Positions 39,106-50,286 of a stretch of 64,000 nt of DNA are shown piece after piece (positions within the stretch are counted from its first letter, which is position 1; each line of letters opens with the position of its first letter). The DNA is from Anaerolineales bacterium (GTDB lineage Bacteria; Chloroflexota; Anaerolineae; Anaerolineales; Villigracilaceae). Made by a program: the position numbers and the translations under genes. Location of the stretch: positions 1,031,216 to 1,095,215 of the forward strand of contig JABTUU010000001.1 of assembly GCA_015075275.1 (NCBI GenBank), read 5' to 3'. The notes beneath the pieces were generated by a model. The model was not told the DNA's origin, did not search any database, and worked only from the letters and a program-made list of their open reading frames with translations.

Positions 39106-41166
39106 ATGATAAAGCGCCACTGGTTCGAGATCATCTTCGTTATCGTCGTCATGTCTATCAGCGCCTATGCCGCGCTCTCCGACGCGCAAAATCTTTCGTT
39201 GCGCTGGTTTACTCGCGACGATGCTTATTACTACTTTAAAGTCGCGCAAAACATCAGCGAGGGGCACGGCTTCACATTCGACGGCATCAACTTAACCAAC
39301 GGTTATCATCCGCTCTGGGTTTTGCTCTGTGCGCCCATCTTCGCGCTGGCTCGATTCGATCTCGTCCTCCCGTTGCGCATTCTGTTGCTCGTCATGAGCG
39401 CGCTTCAAGTCTCGACGGCGATTCTGCTCTATCGATTGATCGGAAAGGTTTTTATTCCAGCCATCGGCGCCATAGCGGCGTTATATTGGGCGTTTAGCTT
39501 CGACATCCTTGGCAATCTGTACATGATGGGGCTTGAATCCGGTGTTGCTGCATTTTTTATTGTGCTTCTTCTCTATAAATTCCAGTTATATGAAGCCGAT
39601 CCGCCTGACGCGCAAAAGAGGATGAAGCGCCTCGCTACACTCGGGTTAATCGGCGCGTTAACCATTTTCAGCCGGCTCGATCTAGTCTTCTTCGTTGCGT
39701 TGGTCGGCGTTGGAGTCGTCTTTCGCGGGCGCCCGCTCCGCGATTTTCTTCCACTCGACAGCGCTGCAATCGTTGGCTCCGTCTTCCTTTCGTTCATTCT
39801 ACGACTCGGCTTACCGGAATATTACAGCTATTCAAACGCGGCGCTTCTTATGGCAGCTCTCGGGTTGATTGCAAAAATTCCCCTGCTGTTTCTTCTGGGC
39901 TTATATCAACGTCTTACATTAATGGATTTTCGCAAGTGGGCGCTGCGTCTCCTTTGCGCAACAGCGGGCGGTTCCGCGCTCGCGGGCGTTCTTATGCTCG
40001 CGGCTTCCGCCAGCGGCGACAACGCTCTCCGTTTCCCTCGTTCCGTCGTTTTGCTCGATTTCGCATTCACACTCCTGACTCTCGGTTTTCTACGACTCGC
40101 CTATACGTTTCTCCGCGCTAAAAACATCGCACTCAACAACGATGAAGCCAGCCCGTTGCTCGACTTTAAACAAAATTGGAAAATATGGCTGCGAGACGGC
40201 TTTTCCTACTTTGGCGTTGCATTCGGTTTGCTGGGCGTGTACATGCTCTGGAGCAAATTCACTTTCGACTCATTCTCGCCTGTCAGCGGGCAGATTAAAC
40301 GCTGGTGGGGCTCGTTCCCTTCCCGCGTCTACGGCGGGGCGACGCGCAGCCCACTCGACTTCTTCGGCGTCAACTTTCAAGGCGAAGGCGTCGCATGGGT
40401 TCCCATCACAGACAGGCTCGGAAATTACGTCAGCCAATTTTCAAATCGCACCGTCGAACTGACGTCATATTATTGGTTCGTATTAATCGGCGCATCCGTA
40501 TTCTTTTTCCTGCTTTTACTTCTTAATAAAGACAAAAGTAGAACGGCGCTAAAACACTGGAGTCTTATTCCGCTTGTATGCGGGTCCATCTTGCAAACTC
40601 TCTATTATCACTCCAGCGGTTACTCCGCCTTCAAAGAATGGTATTGGATTACGCAACGCGTCGGCGCGATCTTGCTCTTAAGCCTCGCGTTGGGCGCGCT
40701 CTTTACGCTTGTCAAAAACATTAAACATATGGATCGAACCGCTTGGGTCGTCGCCGCGATCGTTGGATATATAATGGGGCAAGCCTACTGGACGGGCATT
40801 CACAACATCATGCGCTACGACCGCTGGGAAGCGGATACGCCCATGATGGAAATTGCAACGTTCCTTGAAACCAACACCGAACCGGGCAGTCTTATCGGTT
40901 TGACCGGCGGCGGCAATGTCGGTTACTTCATCCGTGATCGCGCTGTCCTCAACATGGATGGATTGATCAACAGCGTTTCATATTTCGAGCATTTACAGAA
41001 CGGAACGGCCGGCGATTATCTCGCAAGCATCGGCTTGGATTATGTTTTAGCCAATCCCTATATTCTTGATCACCATCCTTACGACGGTCAATTCGACAAA
41101 TACATGATCCCTACCGACATATTCTACGGCGGCAAGCGCTTGCTGATCTACAAAAGCGATAAGTAA
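39106..41166 (+). CDS. Large multi-TM membrane protein, probable GT-C glycosyltransferase
   Basis: DDAYYYF after TM1, FDGINLTNGYHPLW and NMDGLIN in the C-terminal soluble domain. Confidence 0.6.
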   Translation: MIKRHWFEIIFVIVVMSISAYAALSDAQNLSLRWFTRDDAYYYFKVAQNISEGHGFTFDGINLTNGYHPLWVLLCAPIFALARFDLVLPLRILLLVMSALQVSTAILLYRLIGKVFIPAIGAIAALYWAFSFDILGNLYMMGLESGVAAFFIVLLLYKFQLYEADPPDAQKRMKRLATLGLIGALTIFSRLDLVFFVALVGVGVVFRGRPLRDFLPLDSAAIVGSVFLSFILRLGLPEYYSYSNAALLMAALGLIAKIPLLFLLGLYQRLTLMDFRKWALRLLCATAGGSALAGVLMLAASASGDNALRFPRSVVLLDFAFTLLTLGFLRLAYTFLRAKNIALNNDEASPLLDFKQNWKIWLRDGFSYFGVAFGLLGVYMLWSKFTFDSFSPVSGQIKRWWGSFPSRVYGGATRSPLDFFGVNFQGEGVAWVPITDRLGNYVSQFSNRTVELTSYYWFVLIGASVFFFLLLLLNKDKSRTALKHWSLIPLVCGSILQTLYYHSSGYSAFKEWYWITQRVGAILLLSLALGALFTLVKNIKHMDRTAWVVAAIVGYIMGQAYWTGIHNIMRYDRWEADTPMMEIATFLETNTEPGSLIGLTGGGNVGYFIRDRAVLNMDGLINSVSYFEHLQNGTAGDYLASIGLDYVLANPYILDHHPYDGQFDKYMIPTDIFYGGKRLLIYKSDK

Positions 41167-41205
41167 GGCGCTGCTTGTTTCTAGCCCATAAAGTGATTTT
41201 TTCTT

Positions 41206-41619
41206 ATGTCCTCGCCCAGACCCATTAGCGTAACTCTGTTCTTATGGATGGCGTTATTACTGTCAGCATACGGTGCAACTCGGCTTGTCGGCGCATTACA
41301 ATGGCAGAGTGTCTTAACAGAGTTCGCGTCCGTTCTTAGCCCGCTATATTTAGCGATTAGCGGCGGCGCCTGGATCGCTTTAAGCGGCGCACTGCTCTGG
41401 GGTATTATCCAGCGGCGGCGCTGGGCAAGATTCGCCCTGCTCGCTTCAGCCGTCTTGTGGTATGTTCAGTATTGGATCGAACAATTACAGTTTGAAGTCG
41501 AGCGAAACAACGTCAACTTTGCGCTGACAGTCACAACGGCGGCTCTGGCAATCGTCATGACAACCACATTTCTACCCAGCGCAAAGAACTACTTTTCAGA
41601 AGAGTTAAGGCATGGATAA
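41206..41619 (+). CDS. Hypothetical 4-TM membrane protein
   Basis: RPISVT start, hydrophobic helices; overlaps the next gene. Confidence 0.7.
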   Translation: MSSPRPISVTLFLWMALLLSAYGATRLVGALQWQSVLTEFASVLSPLYLAISGGAWIALSGALLWGIIQRRRWARFALLASAVLWYVQYWIEQLQFEVERNNVNFALTVTTAALAIVMTTTFLPSAKNYFSEELRHG

Positions 41620-43162
41620 GTCAATCAATATTCAAAAATTGCACGACCTCAAAACAAAATCACGGGTGGGCGGCGGAGAAGAGCGCATCAAAGCGCAGCA
41701 CGCCAAGGGACGGCTGACTGCGCGCGAACGCATTGACCTGTTGCTCGATAAAGGCTCCTTTCGTGAAGTGGACGCGTTCGTTCAACATCGCACGAACGAT
41801 TTCGCGCTCGATAAGCAAAGATTTATCGGAGATTCAGTCGTCACCGGCTGGGGGACTATCGAGGGCAAACTCGTATATGTTTTCTCACAAGATTTCACGG
41901 TGTTTGGCGGAAGCCTTGGCGAAGTGCACGCCGAAAAAATCTGCAAGATCATGGATCTGGCGATGAGAAACGGCGCTCCTATCATCGGTCTAAATGACTC
42001 GGGCGGCGCGCGTATTCAAGAAGGCGTCGTTTCGCTGGCGGGCTATGCCGATATCTTCTTGCGAAATACACTGGCATCCGGCGTCATCCCGCAAATTTCA
42101 GCCATTATGGGTCCGTGCGCCGGCGGCGCAGTCTATTCGCCAGCGCTGACTGATTTCATTTTTATGACGCGCAACACCTCATATATGTTTGTCACCGGTC
42201 CCGACGTCGTCAAAGCGGTCACGCATGAAGATGTGACGCAGGAAGAATTAGGCGGCGCAAGCGTTCATTCCGAGAAGTCCGGCGTGTGCCACGTCGCCGC
42301 GGAAAACGAAGCGGACACGCTTTTCCTAATTCGCAAATTGCTCAGCTATCTGCCGCAAAACAACATGGAAGATCCGCCGTTTGTAGAGACCGGCGACAAC
42401 CCATTGCGTATGGACGAAGCGCTCGACAGCATTATTCCCGATGATGCCAATAAACCCTACGATATCAAAGACGTGATTCGCCTAATTATGGATAACGGTC
42501 AGTTCTTCGAAATTCATGAGAACTACGCCGCTAACATCGTAGTCGGTTTTGCGCGCCTTGGCGGGCATTCGGTTGGGATTGTAGCAAACCAACCGGCCGT
42601 GTTGGCAGGCGTGTTGGATATTGACGCGAGCGAAAAAGCCGCGCGTTTCGTCCGCATCTGCGACTCGTTTAACGTCCCCATCATCACATTTGAAGATGTG
42701 CCGGGCTTCCTACCGGGCACCAACCAAGAGCATCACGGCATCATCCGCTCCGGCGCAAAATTGCTATACGCATATTGTGAGGCGACTGTTCCAAAACTTA
42801 CTGTCGTCACTCGCAAAGCCTATGGCGGCGCTTACTGCGTTATGTCATCCAAACACATCCGCGGCGACGTAAATCTCGCCTGGCCCAGCGCCGAGATCGC
42901 CGTAATGGGACCCGATGGCGCGGTCAACATCATTTTTCGCAAGGAATTAGAAAAAGCGGAAGACCCGCTCAAACGAAAGGCGGAATTGGTCGCCGAATAT
43001 CGCGAAAAGTTCGCCAGTCCATACGTCGCGGCGGAACGCGGCTATATTGACGACGTGATCGAGCCAAAAGAGACTCGTCCGCGCTTGATCAACGCGCTTG
43101 AAATGCTGGAAAATAAGCGCGACTCGAATCCGCCCAAAAAGCACGGGAATATTCCTCTTTAA
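41612..43162 (+). CDS. pccB: Acyl-CoA (propionyl/methylmalonyl-CoA type) carboxyltransferase subunit beta
   Basis: [29 protein letters not shown] and KKHGNIPL motifs. Confidence 0.88.
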   Translation: MDKSINIQKLHDLKTKSRVGGGEERIKAQHAKGRLTARERIDLLLDKGSFREVDAFVQHRTNDFALDKQRFIGDSVVTGWGTIEGKLVYVFSQDFTVFGGSLGEVHAEKICKIMDLAMRNGAPIIGLNDSGGARIQEGVVSLAGYADIFLRNTLASGVIPQISAIMGPCAGGAVYSPALTDFIFMTRNTSYMFVTGPDVVKAVTHEDVTQEELGGASVHSEKSGVCHVAAENEADTLFLIRKLLSYLPQNNMEDPPFVETGDNPLRMDEALDSIIPDDANKPYDIKDVIRLIMDNGQFFEIHENYAANIVVGFARLGGHSVGIVANQPAVLAGVLDIDASEKAARFVRICDSFNVPIITFEDVPGFLPGTNQEHHGIIRSGAKLLYAYCEATVPKLTVVTRKAYGGAYCVMSSKHIRGDVNLAWPSAEIAVMGPDGAVNIIFRKELEKAEDPLKRKAELVAEYREKFASPYVAAERGYIDDVIEPKETRPRLINALEMLENKRDSNPPKKHGNIPL

Positions 43163-43236
43163 GAAGTGTCAAGTTCCAAGTATCATGCATCACGTTTCAA
43201 GGTCGAGGACGTGGGACATGAAACCTGAAACACGAC
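43163..43236. repeat. 7-nt periodic palindromic tract
   Basis: aagtgtc-aagttcc-aagtatc-atgcatc-acgtttc followed by gacgtgg-gacatga-aacctga-aacacga. Confidence 0.65.
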
Positions 43237-43251
43237 ATATACGGAGCATAT

Positions 43252-44760
43252 ATGTTCAATAAAGTCTTAGTGGCAAACCGAGGCGAGATCGCCGTCCGAG
43301 TTATCCGCGCATGCCGAGAGCTGGGAATCGAGACCGTCGCCGTTTACTCCGAGGCGGATCGCAGCGCCTTACATGTCCGCTTTGCAGATGAGGCATACCT
43401 GCTGGGACCTTCTCCTTCGCGCGAATCGTATTTGCGCGCCGACAAGATCATTGACATTGCACGAAAGACCGGCGCTAGCGCGATCCATCCGGGTTATGGC
43501 TTCCTCGCCGAACGCGAAGACTTCGCCGCCGCCTGCGCCGACGCGGGCATTACATTCATCGGACCCAAACCCGCCTCCATCGCCGCAATGGGAGATAAAG
43601 CCGTCGCGCGCGCGACCGTTCTTAAAGCAGGCGTGCCAGTTGTACCGGGCATTGAGGGCGTCGGCAATCGGACCGACGACGAGCTGCTCGCAATGGCACC
43701 CGGCATCGGCTTCCCGCTGCTGATCAAAGCCTCCGCCGGCGGAGGCGGAAAAGGCATGCGAGAAGCGACCAGCCTTGAAGAAATGCCCGCCCTTCTCCAA
43801 TCTGCGCGGCGCGAAGCCGAATCAGCTTTCGGCGACGGCGATGTGTATCTCGAAAAACTGATCACCGCTGCCAGGCATATCGAATTCCAAATTCTCGCAG
43901 ACGCGCACGGAAACACGATCTATCTCGGCGAACGGGAATGTTCGCTGCAACGACGCCATCAAAAATTACTCGAGGAAGCGCCGTCATCCGCAGTCAGCGA
44001 GGAATTACGCGCCAAAATGGGCGGAGTTGCCATACGAGCCGCGCAAGCCGTTGACTACGTTAACGCCGGCACGATCGAATTTCTGTTGGATAAAGACGAG
44101 AATTTCTATTTCCTCGAAATGAATACGCGCCTGCAAGTGGAACATCCGATCACTGAATTGGTCACCGGCGTAGATATTGTCAAAGAACAGATTCGCATCG
44201 CGCGCGGCAGACCGTTGAGCTACGCGCAAGACGAAATCAAAGTCAACGGGCACGCTATCGAATGCCGCATCAACGCCGAAGATCCGTACAACAACTTCCT
44301 GCCATCTACCGGGCGAATTACGCACAGTCTGATTCCCACCGGGCCAGGCGTGCGCGTGGACACCGGCGTATATCCCGGCTTCGAGATCACGCCGTTCTAC
44401 GACTCGATGATCGCAAAACTGATCGTGTGGGGCGAGACGCGCGCCCAAGCCATCTTACGCATGCGACGCGCGCTGGAAGAGTACCGCGTCATCGGCGTGC
44501 GGACGAACATTCCCTTCCACCAAGTGATGATGGATTCGCATCGTTTCATGGGCGGTCAATACGATACGCGCTTCATCGAAGAACGCTTCTCTATGGAAGA
44601 CGCGGAAGAATATGTTGAGGATTATTCCGAAGCGGCAGCGATCCTCGCCACGCTGGTTGCTCATCGAGAAACTGAAAAAGCCGCTCAATTCGTGCAGCGC
44701 AACGAGAGAGATACAAGCAACTGGAAGTGGGTCAGCCGTTGGGAAAGGATGCGACGATGA
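43252..44760 (+). CDS. accC: Biotin carboxylase
   Basis: [30 protein letters not shown] and [10 protein letters not shown] motifs. Confidence 0.92.
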   Translation: MFNKVLVANRGEIAVRVIRACRELGIETVAVYSEADRSALHVRFADEAYLLGPSPSRESYLRADKIIDIARKTGASAIHPGYGFLAEREDFAAACADAGITFIGPKPASIAAMGDKAVARATVLKAGVPVVPGIEGVGNRTDDELLAMAPGIGFPLLIKASAGGGGKGMREATSLEEMPALLQSARREAESAFGDGDVYLEKLITAARHIEFQILADAHGNTIYLGERECSLQRRHQKLLEEAPSSAVSEELRAKMGGVAIRAAQAVDYVNAGTIEFLLDKDENFYFLEMNTRLQVEHPITELVTGVDIVKEQIRIARGRPLSYAQDEIKVNGHAIECRINAEDPYNNFLPSTGRITHSLIPTGPGVRVDTGVYPGFEITPFYDSMIAKLIVWGETRAQAILRMRRALEEYRVIGVRTNIPFHQVMMDSHRFMGGQYDTRFIEERFSMEDAEEYVEDYSEAAAILATLVAHRETEKAAQFVQRNERDTSNWKWVSRWERMRR

Positions 44761-45254
44761 AATACATCGCGACCATAGAAGGCAAGGAATTTTCAGTGGA
44801 CGTTATTGACGAAAAACAAGTGGTCGTCAACGGCAAACCCTATCACATTGACTTCGAGTCGGTCAGCGGACAGCCCGTCTATTCGTTGATCGCCGAAGGC
44901 AAATCGCACGAAGCCTATATCGCGCAAGCCGACGAGGGCTGGCAGGTTCTCCTGCGCGGACGGTCGTATTCAGTTGCTGTAGAGGACGAGCGCGAGAAGC
45001 GTCTGCGCGTCGCAGCAGGCGGAAGCGCGGCGGAAAGCGGCGAATTTACGCTTAAAGCGCCGATGCCGGGACTCGTTGTCGCCATATCAGTGGAAGATGG
45101 GCAAGCCGTGGAAAAAGGGCAGGTTCTCGCCATCCTCGAATCGATGAAGATGCAAAACGAATTAAAATCCCCGCGTGCCGGCAAGGTTGCCCGCATCAAA
45201 GTGAAACCGGGTGATAGCGTAGAACAGAAACAAGCGCTATTAAGCATAACTTAA
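44757..45254 (+). CDS. Biotin carboxyl carrier protein
   Basis: APMPGLV and ESMKMQNE (biotin lysine) motifs. Confidence 0.9.
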   Translation: MKYIATIEGKEFSVDVIDEKQVVVNGKPYHIDFESVSGQPVYSLIAEGKSHEAYIAQADEGWQVLLRGRSYSVAVEDEREKRLRVAAGGSAAESGEFTLKAPMPGLVVAISVEDGQAVEKGQVLAILESMKMQNELKSPRAGKVARIKVKPGDSVEQKQALLSIT

Positions 45255-45305
45255 AAGCGTTCCTACACCGATTAACGACTCGCTCTTGCGCAAAAGGAGA
45301 TTCTT

Positions 45306-46451
45306 ATGTGTCCTTGTTTCCACCCGGTCGAATGTGTCATCCCCGAACATATGCTGGAAAGCATTGCCACTCACGGCACGTCTGCGCAAAGACAGGCGGC
45401 GCTGAACAACATCAGGGTCGTCTATCAACTGCGGGCAGAACAGGCAATGCGCGCCAGTTTCAAAGGGCTGTTCGACTCGGCGATCCCACGCGCGATCAAT
45501 AATGAAAAGGAGCGCGTCATTTACGACGCAATGCGCCGCGACACCCTGCCGGGGACGGTTGCCCGTCGCGAAGGCGATGCGCCCTCCTCCGACCCGGCGG
45601 TTAACGAAGCCTATGACGGCGGCGGAACGACATACGACCTGTTTATGAAAGAGTTTGGGCGAAATTCGATTGACAACCGCGCCATGCGCCTTGATGCCAG
45701 CGTTCACTACCGAACCGGCTACGACAACGCATTTTGGGACGGAACACAAATGGTCTACGGTGACGGCGACGAAGATCTTCCAACCGACGAACGTCTCTTC
45801 AACCGCTTCACCATCGCCGTTGACATTATCGGTCACGAACTCACGCACGGCGTCACGCAATTTGAAGCCAAACTCGTTTACTCGCAACAATCAGGCGCGC
45901 TAAACGAGCATATGTCCGACGTGTTCGGCTCGCTAGTGAAGCAATATCAACTCCAACAGTCCGCCTCCGAAGCAGATTGGATCATCGGCGGCGGCTTGCT
46001 CACCGGCAACGTGAACGGCGTCGGCGTCCGCAGCATGAAAACACCCGGCGCCGCATACGACGATCCTGTGCTGGGCAAAGATCCGCAACCTGCGCACATG
46101 CGCGCTTACGTCAACACTGTCAGCGATAACGGCGGCGTACACATTAACTCAGGCATCCCGAATCATGCGTTTTATCTAACAGCGTTGGAAATCGGCGGCT
46201 ATGCGTGGAAAAAAGCCGGGCAAATCTGGTATACCGCTCTACGCGACAAACTGAGCGAAAGCTCAAACTTCCAACAGTGCGCCGACCTCACGCATCAGAC
46301 GGCGGGAGAACTGTTCGGCGTCGGCAGTCTCGAACAGCAGGCGGTTCAACACGGCTGGGCGGCGGTCGGTTTAACCGTCAGCGAGAGCGGCGGAAAACCC
46401 AAACCGAGCGGTTGCCTTGAGGCAACCTTGCGTTTCATCGGCGCGGCATAA
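45306..46451 (+). CDS. M4 metallopeptidase, protealysin-like
   Basis: Short propeptide CVIPEHML, NAFWDG, HELTH, GALNEHMSD and GGVHINSG motifs; no signal peptide. Confidence 0.92.
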   Translation: MCPCFHPVECVIPEHMLESIATHGTSAQRQAALNNIRVVYQLRAEQAMRASFKGLFDSAIPRAINNEKERVIYDAMRRDTLPGTVARREGDAPSSDPAVNEAYDGGGTTYDLFMKEFGRNSIDNRAMRLDASVHYRTGYDNAFWDGTQMVYGDGDEDLPTDERLFNRFTIAVDIIGHELTHGVTQFEAKLVYSQQSGALNEHMSDVFGSLVKQYQLQQSASEADWIIGGGLLTGNVNGVGVRSMKTPGAAYDDPVLGKDPQPAHMRAYVNTVSDNGGVHINSGIPNHAFYLTALEIGGYAWKKAGQIWYTALRDKLSESSNFQQCADLTHQTAGELFGVGSLEQQAVQHGWAAVGLTVSESGGKPKPSGCLEATLRFIGAA

Positions 46452-46462
46452 CAGAGATCATT

Positions 46463-46783
46463 ATGGAATTCACACAAATCAAATTCGAACGCAGCGGCGG
46501 ATTCGCCAACATCCGCATCACGGCAGAGCTCAATCTACGCGATCTATCCGACGAGCAAGCGATCGCGCTGAAAGAATTATTAGACGAATTAGATTTCCCC
46601 AAATTGCCCACAAAACTGACAAGCGGCGAGACCGTTCCGGACGAATTTATTTATACGATCACCGTCGAAACGGAGAAATGGCAACACACCATTATCGCCG
46701 ACGGCGTTCCTAAAGACGCAAAGATACAAGAATTGCTGGAATTGCTCAACCGGCTTGCGCGTAAAAAAATGAGAAACTTATAG
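46463..46783 (+). CDS. Emfourin-like protealysin inhibitor
   Basis: RSGGFA and PDEFIYTITV motifs, directly downstream of the protealysin-like gene. Confidence 0.85.
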   Translation: MEFTQIKFERSGGFANIRITAELNLRDLSDEQAIALKELLDELDFPKLPTKLTSGETVPDEFIYTITVETEKWQHTIIADGVPKDAKIQELLELLNRLARKKMRNL

Positions 46784-46810
46784 AAACGCTGGACGCTTAA
46801 CGAAACGCGT

Positions 46811-46846
46811 ATAAAAAGGAGTCGAGCGAATTCGACTCCTTTTTAT
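46811..46846. terminator. Bidirectional terminator
   Basis: ataaaaaggagtcga / tcgactcctttttat. Confidence 0.85.
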
Positions 46847-46867
46847 CTTACCCTCACATGCAATGGT

Positions 46868-48511
46868 TCACACTGTGGGTCCCGCCTCAGCCACTTCCTT
46901 CGACGTTTGATCCGCATACTTGGCAAAGTTATCAATAAATTTCTGCGCTAATTGTTTATATTTCTGCTCGTGTTCCGATCTATCTTTCCACGAAGAGGCA
47001 GGATCAAGAACTTCAGCCGGAACATCGGGGCAAGACAAAGGAACTTCGTAGCCGAAGACCGGGTCGCGGCGATACTTCACCTTATCCAGCTTGCCGGTCA
47101 ACGCGGCGTTCAATAATGCGCGGGTATGCTTGATCGAAATACGCCTGCCAACGCCATAAGGTCCGCCCACCCAGCCGGTGTTGACCAGCCAGCATCTCAC
47201 ATTATGTTGTTCGATCTTCTGCCGCAACAACTCCGCATATTTCGATGGATGAAGCGGTAAAAATGGCGCGGCAAAACAGGCGGAGAACGTCGCCACCGGC
47301 TCTTTCCCCAGCCCCGCTTCGGTCCCTGCCAATTTAGCGGTGTAGCCTGAGACAAATTGGTACAACGCCTGATCCACAGACAAACGCGCGATGGGCGGCA
47401 TAACGCCGGTTGCATCCGCCGTCAAGAAAATGATGTTTTTGGGGTGGCCGGCTTTCTTCTCCGACACCGAATTGTCAATAAAAGACAAGGGATAGGAAGA
47501 GCGTGTATTTTCAGTGAGCGCAGCGTCTTCGAGGTCAATAGCGCGCGTGGCGGGGTCAAAGACCACATTTTCAAGAACCGTTCCAAAGGTATGCGTTGTA
47601 GCGTAAATTTCAGGTTCCGCTTCTTGCGAAAGACCGATCACTTTGGCATAACACCCGCCTTCATAATTGAAGACGCCGTCATCGCTCCAGCCATGCTCAT
47701 CATCGCCGATAAGGCTGCGGGTCGGGTCGGCAGAGAGAGTCGTCTTGCCAGTGCCGCTCAACCCAAAGAACAGCGCCACATCGTCTCGATCCGCCGGGTT
47801 GACGTTCGCCGAACAGTGCATAGACATCACGCCGCGCAACGGTAACAGGTAGTTCAACAGCGTGAAGATTGATTTTTTCATTTCGCCCGCATAGCGCGTA
47901 TTTCCGATAATGCCAAGTTTACGCTCCAAATTTAAAATTACGAACGTTTCAGAACGCGTCTCGTCGCTGGCTGGATCCGCCTTAAAACTGGGCAGGTCAA
48001 CAATAGTGAAGTCAGGCGTAAAGCTCTTAATCTCCTCGAGCGTTTCCGGCGCGATGAACATATTGCGGACAAACATGCTATGCCAAGCCTCTTCCGTTAC
48101 AAAGCGAACTTTCAGACGATAGTTCGGATCGGCGCCGGCGTACACATCCTGGACGAACACATCATTCCCTTGGATGCTCGTCTTCATACGATCATATAAC
48201 GCATCGAACTTTGCAGCGTCAAACGAACGGTTTCCGCCCCACCAAAGCGCCTGTTCCGATTCAGCGTTCTTGACGAAGAACTTATCGTTCGCCGACCGGC
48301 CGGTGTGCTTGCCGGTATGCGCGACAAAAGGTCCGCCTTTTGTGACTGCGCCCTCTCCGCGATACGCCGCTTCTTCGTAGAGGGCTTCCGTAGGCAAATT
48401 CCAATATACGACGCGCGCACCGGCGATTCCGTGATTCGAAAGGTCATATTCTGCGCGAAGCGTCTGCGCGGCGCTCTCCGCCGGCGTATTTCTATTTTTA
48501 TCTACATTCAT
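46868..48511 (-). CDS. pckA: Phosphoenolpyruvate carboxykinase (ATP)
   Basis: YAGEMKK, FGLSGTGKTTLS, IGDDEHGW and NYEGGCYAK motifs. Confidence 0.96.
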   Translation of the reverse strand: MNVDKNRNTPAESAAQTLRAEYDLSNHGIAGARVVYWNLPTEALYEEAAYRGEGAVTKGGPFVAHTGKHTGRSANDKFFVKNAESEQALWWGGNRSFDAAKFDALYDRMKTSIQGNDVFVQDVYAGADPNYRLKVRFVTEEAWHSMFVRNMFIAPETLEEIKSFTPDFTIVDLPSFKADPASDETRSETFVILNLERKLGIIGNTRYAGEMKKSIFTLLNYLLPLRGVMSMHCSANVNPADRDDVALFFGLSGTGKTTLSADPTRSLIGDDEHGWSDDGVFNYEGGCYAKVIGLSQEAEPEIYATTHTFGTVLENVVFDPATRAIDLEDAALTENTRSSYPLSFIDNSVSEKKAGHPKNIIFLTADATGVMPPIARLSVDQALYQFVSGYTAKLAGTEAGLGKEPVATFSACFAAPFLPLHPSKYAELLRQKIEQHNVRCWLVNTGWVGGPYGVGRRISIKHTRALLNAALTGKLDKVKYRRDPVFGYEVPLSCPDVPAEVLDPASSWKDRSEHEQKYKQLAQKFIDNFAKYADQTSKEVAEAGPTV

Positions 48512-48612
48512 TTATCACCTCGAAATAGTTTGAGTAGGATTTTCTTGGGGCTAACTTTCCAATTATATTAACACATTTCAGTTGCGCTCGGACTGCCATT
48601 CATCCCGTCCGC

Positions 48613-49812
48613 TTACTGACAAACGACGGAACCGGCTTCCGGATCCGCCGCTTGCGACCAGATCTTCTCGAACTCCTGCAAGTACAGTTGCGCGATCTCG
48701 GCGTTGTCTAGCACGATCACATTTTCGTCATTGCTTCGCTCTGCGCTCGTCGAGTAATTCAACGAGCCGGTGACCACATAGCGCCGATCCACAACGATCG
48801 TCTTATTATGCATAAAATTCGGATTCCCATCCCGCCGCACCGGAACGCCAGCACAATACAGCGTGGAAAACTCCGCCGCGTCTGTATCGCTGCCGACGCG
48901 CTCATATACGCCAGCAACGCTGACGCCTGCATGAAACCGGTCAATCATCGCCTTTGCCAGCGGATAATCGGTGAAACTAAACGCGAGGAAACGGACCTCA
49001 AACTGCGCCGCATTGACCAATGGGATAATCGCCTGCTCAAGCGCGCCGTCTTCAGGAGTAAAGACTATCCAAACTTTAGAACCGTTCACCGATGCCGCTT
49101 GTTCCGACAGTTGCGAAGGCGATTTCGGACCAAACTGCCCGTTCCACATCTCTTGAAACTCCGCTTCATAAATCGCCGCAACGGCTATTGAGCGAATTAC
49201 GAGCGCGTTGTTCTCTTGTTTAAAGATAGCGCTCTTCGTGAGATTCGTCGAACCGCTCCACACGATCTGATTATCGAAGACAATAAATTTGTTATGCATC
49301 AACGCGGAACGATCATCCGCGCGAACCTCGATACCCGCTTCTTGCAACATCGCAAATTGACCGCGCCCCGGGTCTTCGTCCGCCTCCAGCCCATACTCGT
49401 TATCCGTTACCCAGCGCACGTCAACGCCTCGTTGTCGTGCCGCAATCAACGCCTCGGCAACGGGCGTGAGGTCAAATTCAAACGCCGCGACATGAATGCT
49501 GTTTTGCGCAGCATTAATCCTTTCGATCAACTTCCCTTCGACGGAGTTTTGCCACTGCGTAGGATCGTTAACGTTTATACGATCGGTAAAATAGACCTCG
49601 ATCCACTCATCGTCCGCTGGCGCAAGAGTCGGCGGGACACCTTCCGTAGCCGAAAGGGTTGCAATCGTCCAGGTCGCTGTCGTATCGGTAGAATTCTTAG
49701 CGCCAGGCTCGCTTTTTGTAAACAGCGCGATCGCGCTCAGCGCGCAGACGAAGATCAACCCGACGATCGTATTCAATGCGCCCGCGCGCGAAATTCTTCG
49801 CCGCCTTGACAT
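48613..49812 (-). CDS. Membrane-anchored phospholipase D/nuclease family protein
   Basis: Two HKD-like motifs, MHNKFIVFD and MHNKTIVVD; N-terminal TM. Confidence 0.88.
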   Translation of the reverse strand: MSRRRRISRAGALNTIVGLIFVCALSAIALFTKSEPGAKNSTDTTATWTIATLSATEGVPPTLAPADDEWIEVYFTDRINVNDPTQWQNSVEGKLIERINAAQNSIHVAAFEFDLTPVAEALIAARQRGVDVRWVTDNEYGLEADEDPGRGQFAMLQEAGIEVRADDRSALMHNKFIVFDNQIVWSGSTNLTKSAIFKQENNALVIRSIAVAAIYEAEFQEMWNGQFGPKSPSQLSEQAASVNGSKVWIVFTPEDGALEQAIIPLVNAAQFEVRFLAFSFTDYPLAKAMIDRFHAGVSVAGVYERVGSDTDAAEFSTLYCAGVPVRRDGNPNFMHNKTIVVDRRYVVTGSLNYSTSAERSNDENVIVLDNAEIAQLYLQEFEKIWSQAADPEAGSVVCQ

Positions 49813-49813
49813 T

Positions 49814-50242
49814 TTAGCCCGATTTTTCCAACAATTCTTTCAACTTCAGAACAGATTGTTCCTGCGTCGTGCCGCGCGCGCTCAACAAACAAGCGCCTAA
49901 TTCATCCGCAGCCGGCAGGCTCGCGCCCGCGCCGCGCATAATCTTCAACTGTTGAAGTAATTTATCTTGCAACTGCAACTGGCTTTCGGAATCGACATAC
50001 AGACCAGCCGCCCAATTTCCGACGGATCGCATAAATTGTCGTAATGCTTTGAGTCGCGGCTCCAGATCCCGCTCGGCAGACGCATCATCCATATCGTCGG
50101 TCGCTTGCGCAACCTCGCCCGCCAATTTCAAACCCCAATGCAGCACAAGAGTCGCAGCGTCGGCGTCGAGCGCTTCAAGCAAAGACTCGTTGCCCAGAAT
50201 TACTTTTTTTGCATTCTCGATTCGATTTTCTATGTTTGTCAT
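49814..50242 (-). CDS. Hypothetical helical protein
   Basis: 142-aa ORF in operon-like spacing; ILGNESL..LD..AA.LV..W. Confidence 0.65.
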   Translation of the reverse strand: MTNIENRIENAKKVILGNESLLEALDADAATLVLHWGLKLAGEVAQATDDMDDASAERDLEPRLKALRQFMRSVGNWAAGLYVDSESQLQLQDKLLQQLKIMRGAGASLPAADELGACLLSARGTTQEQSVLKLKELLEKSG

Positions 50243-50286
50243 AATGATTTAAGGTAGATATTCAAAGCGCCGCAAAAAGTCAGCGT

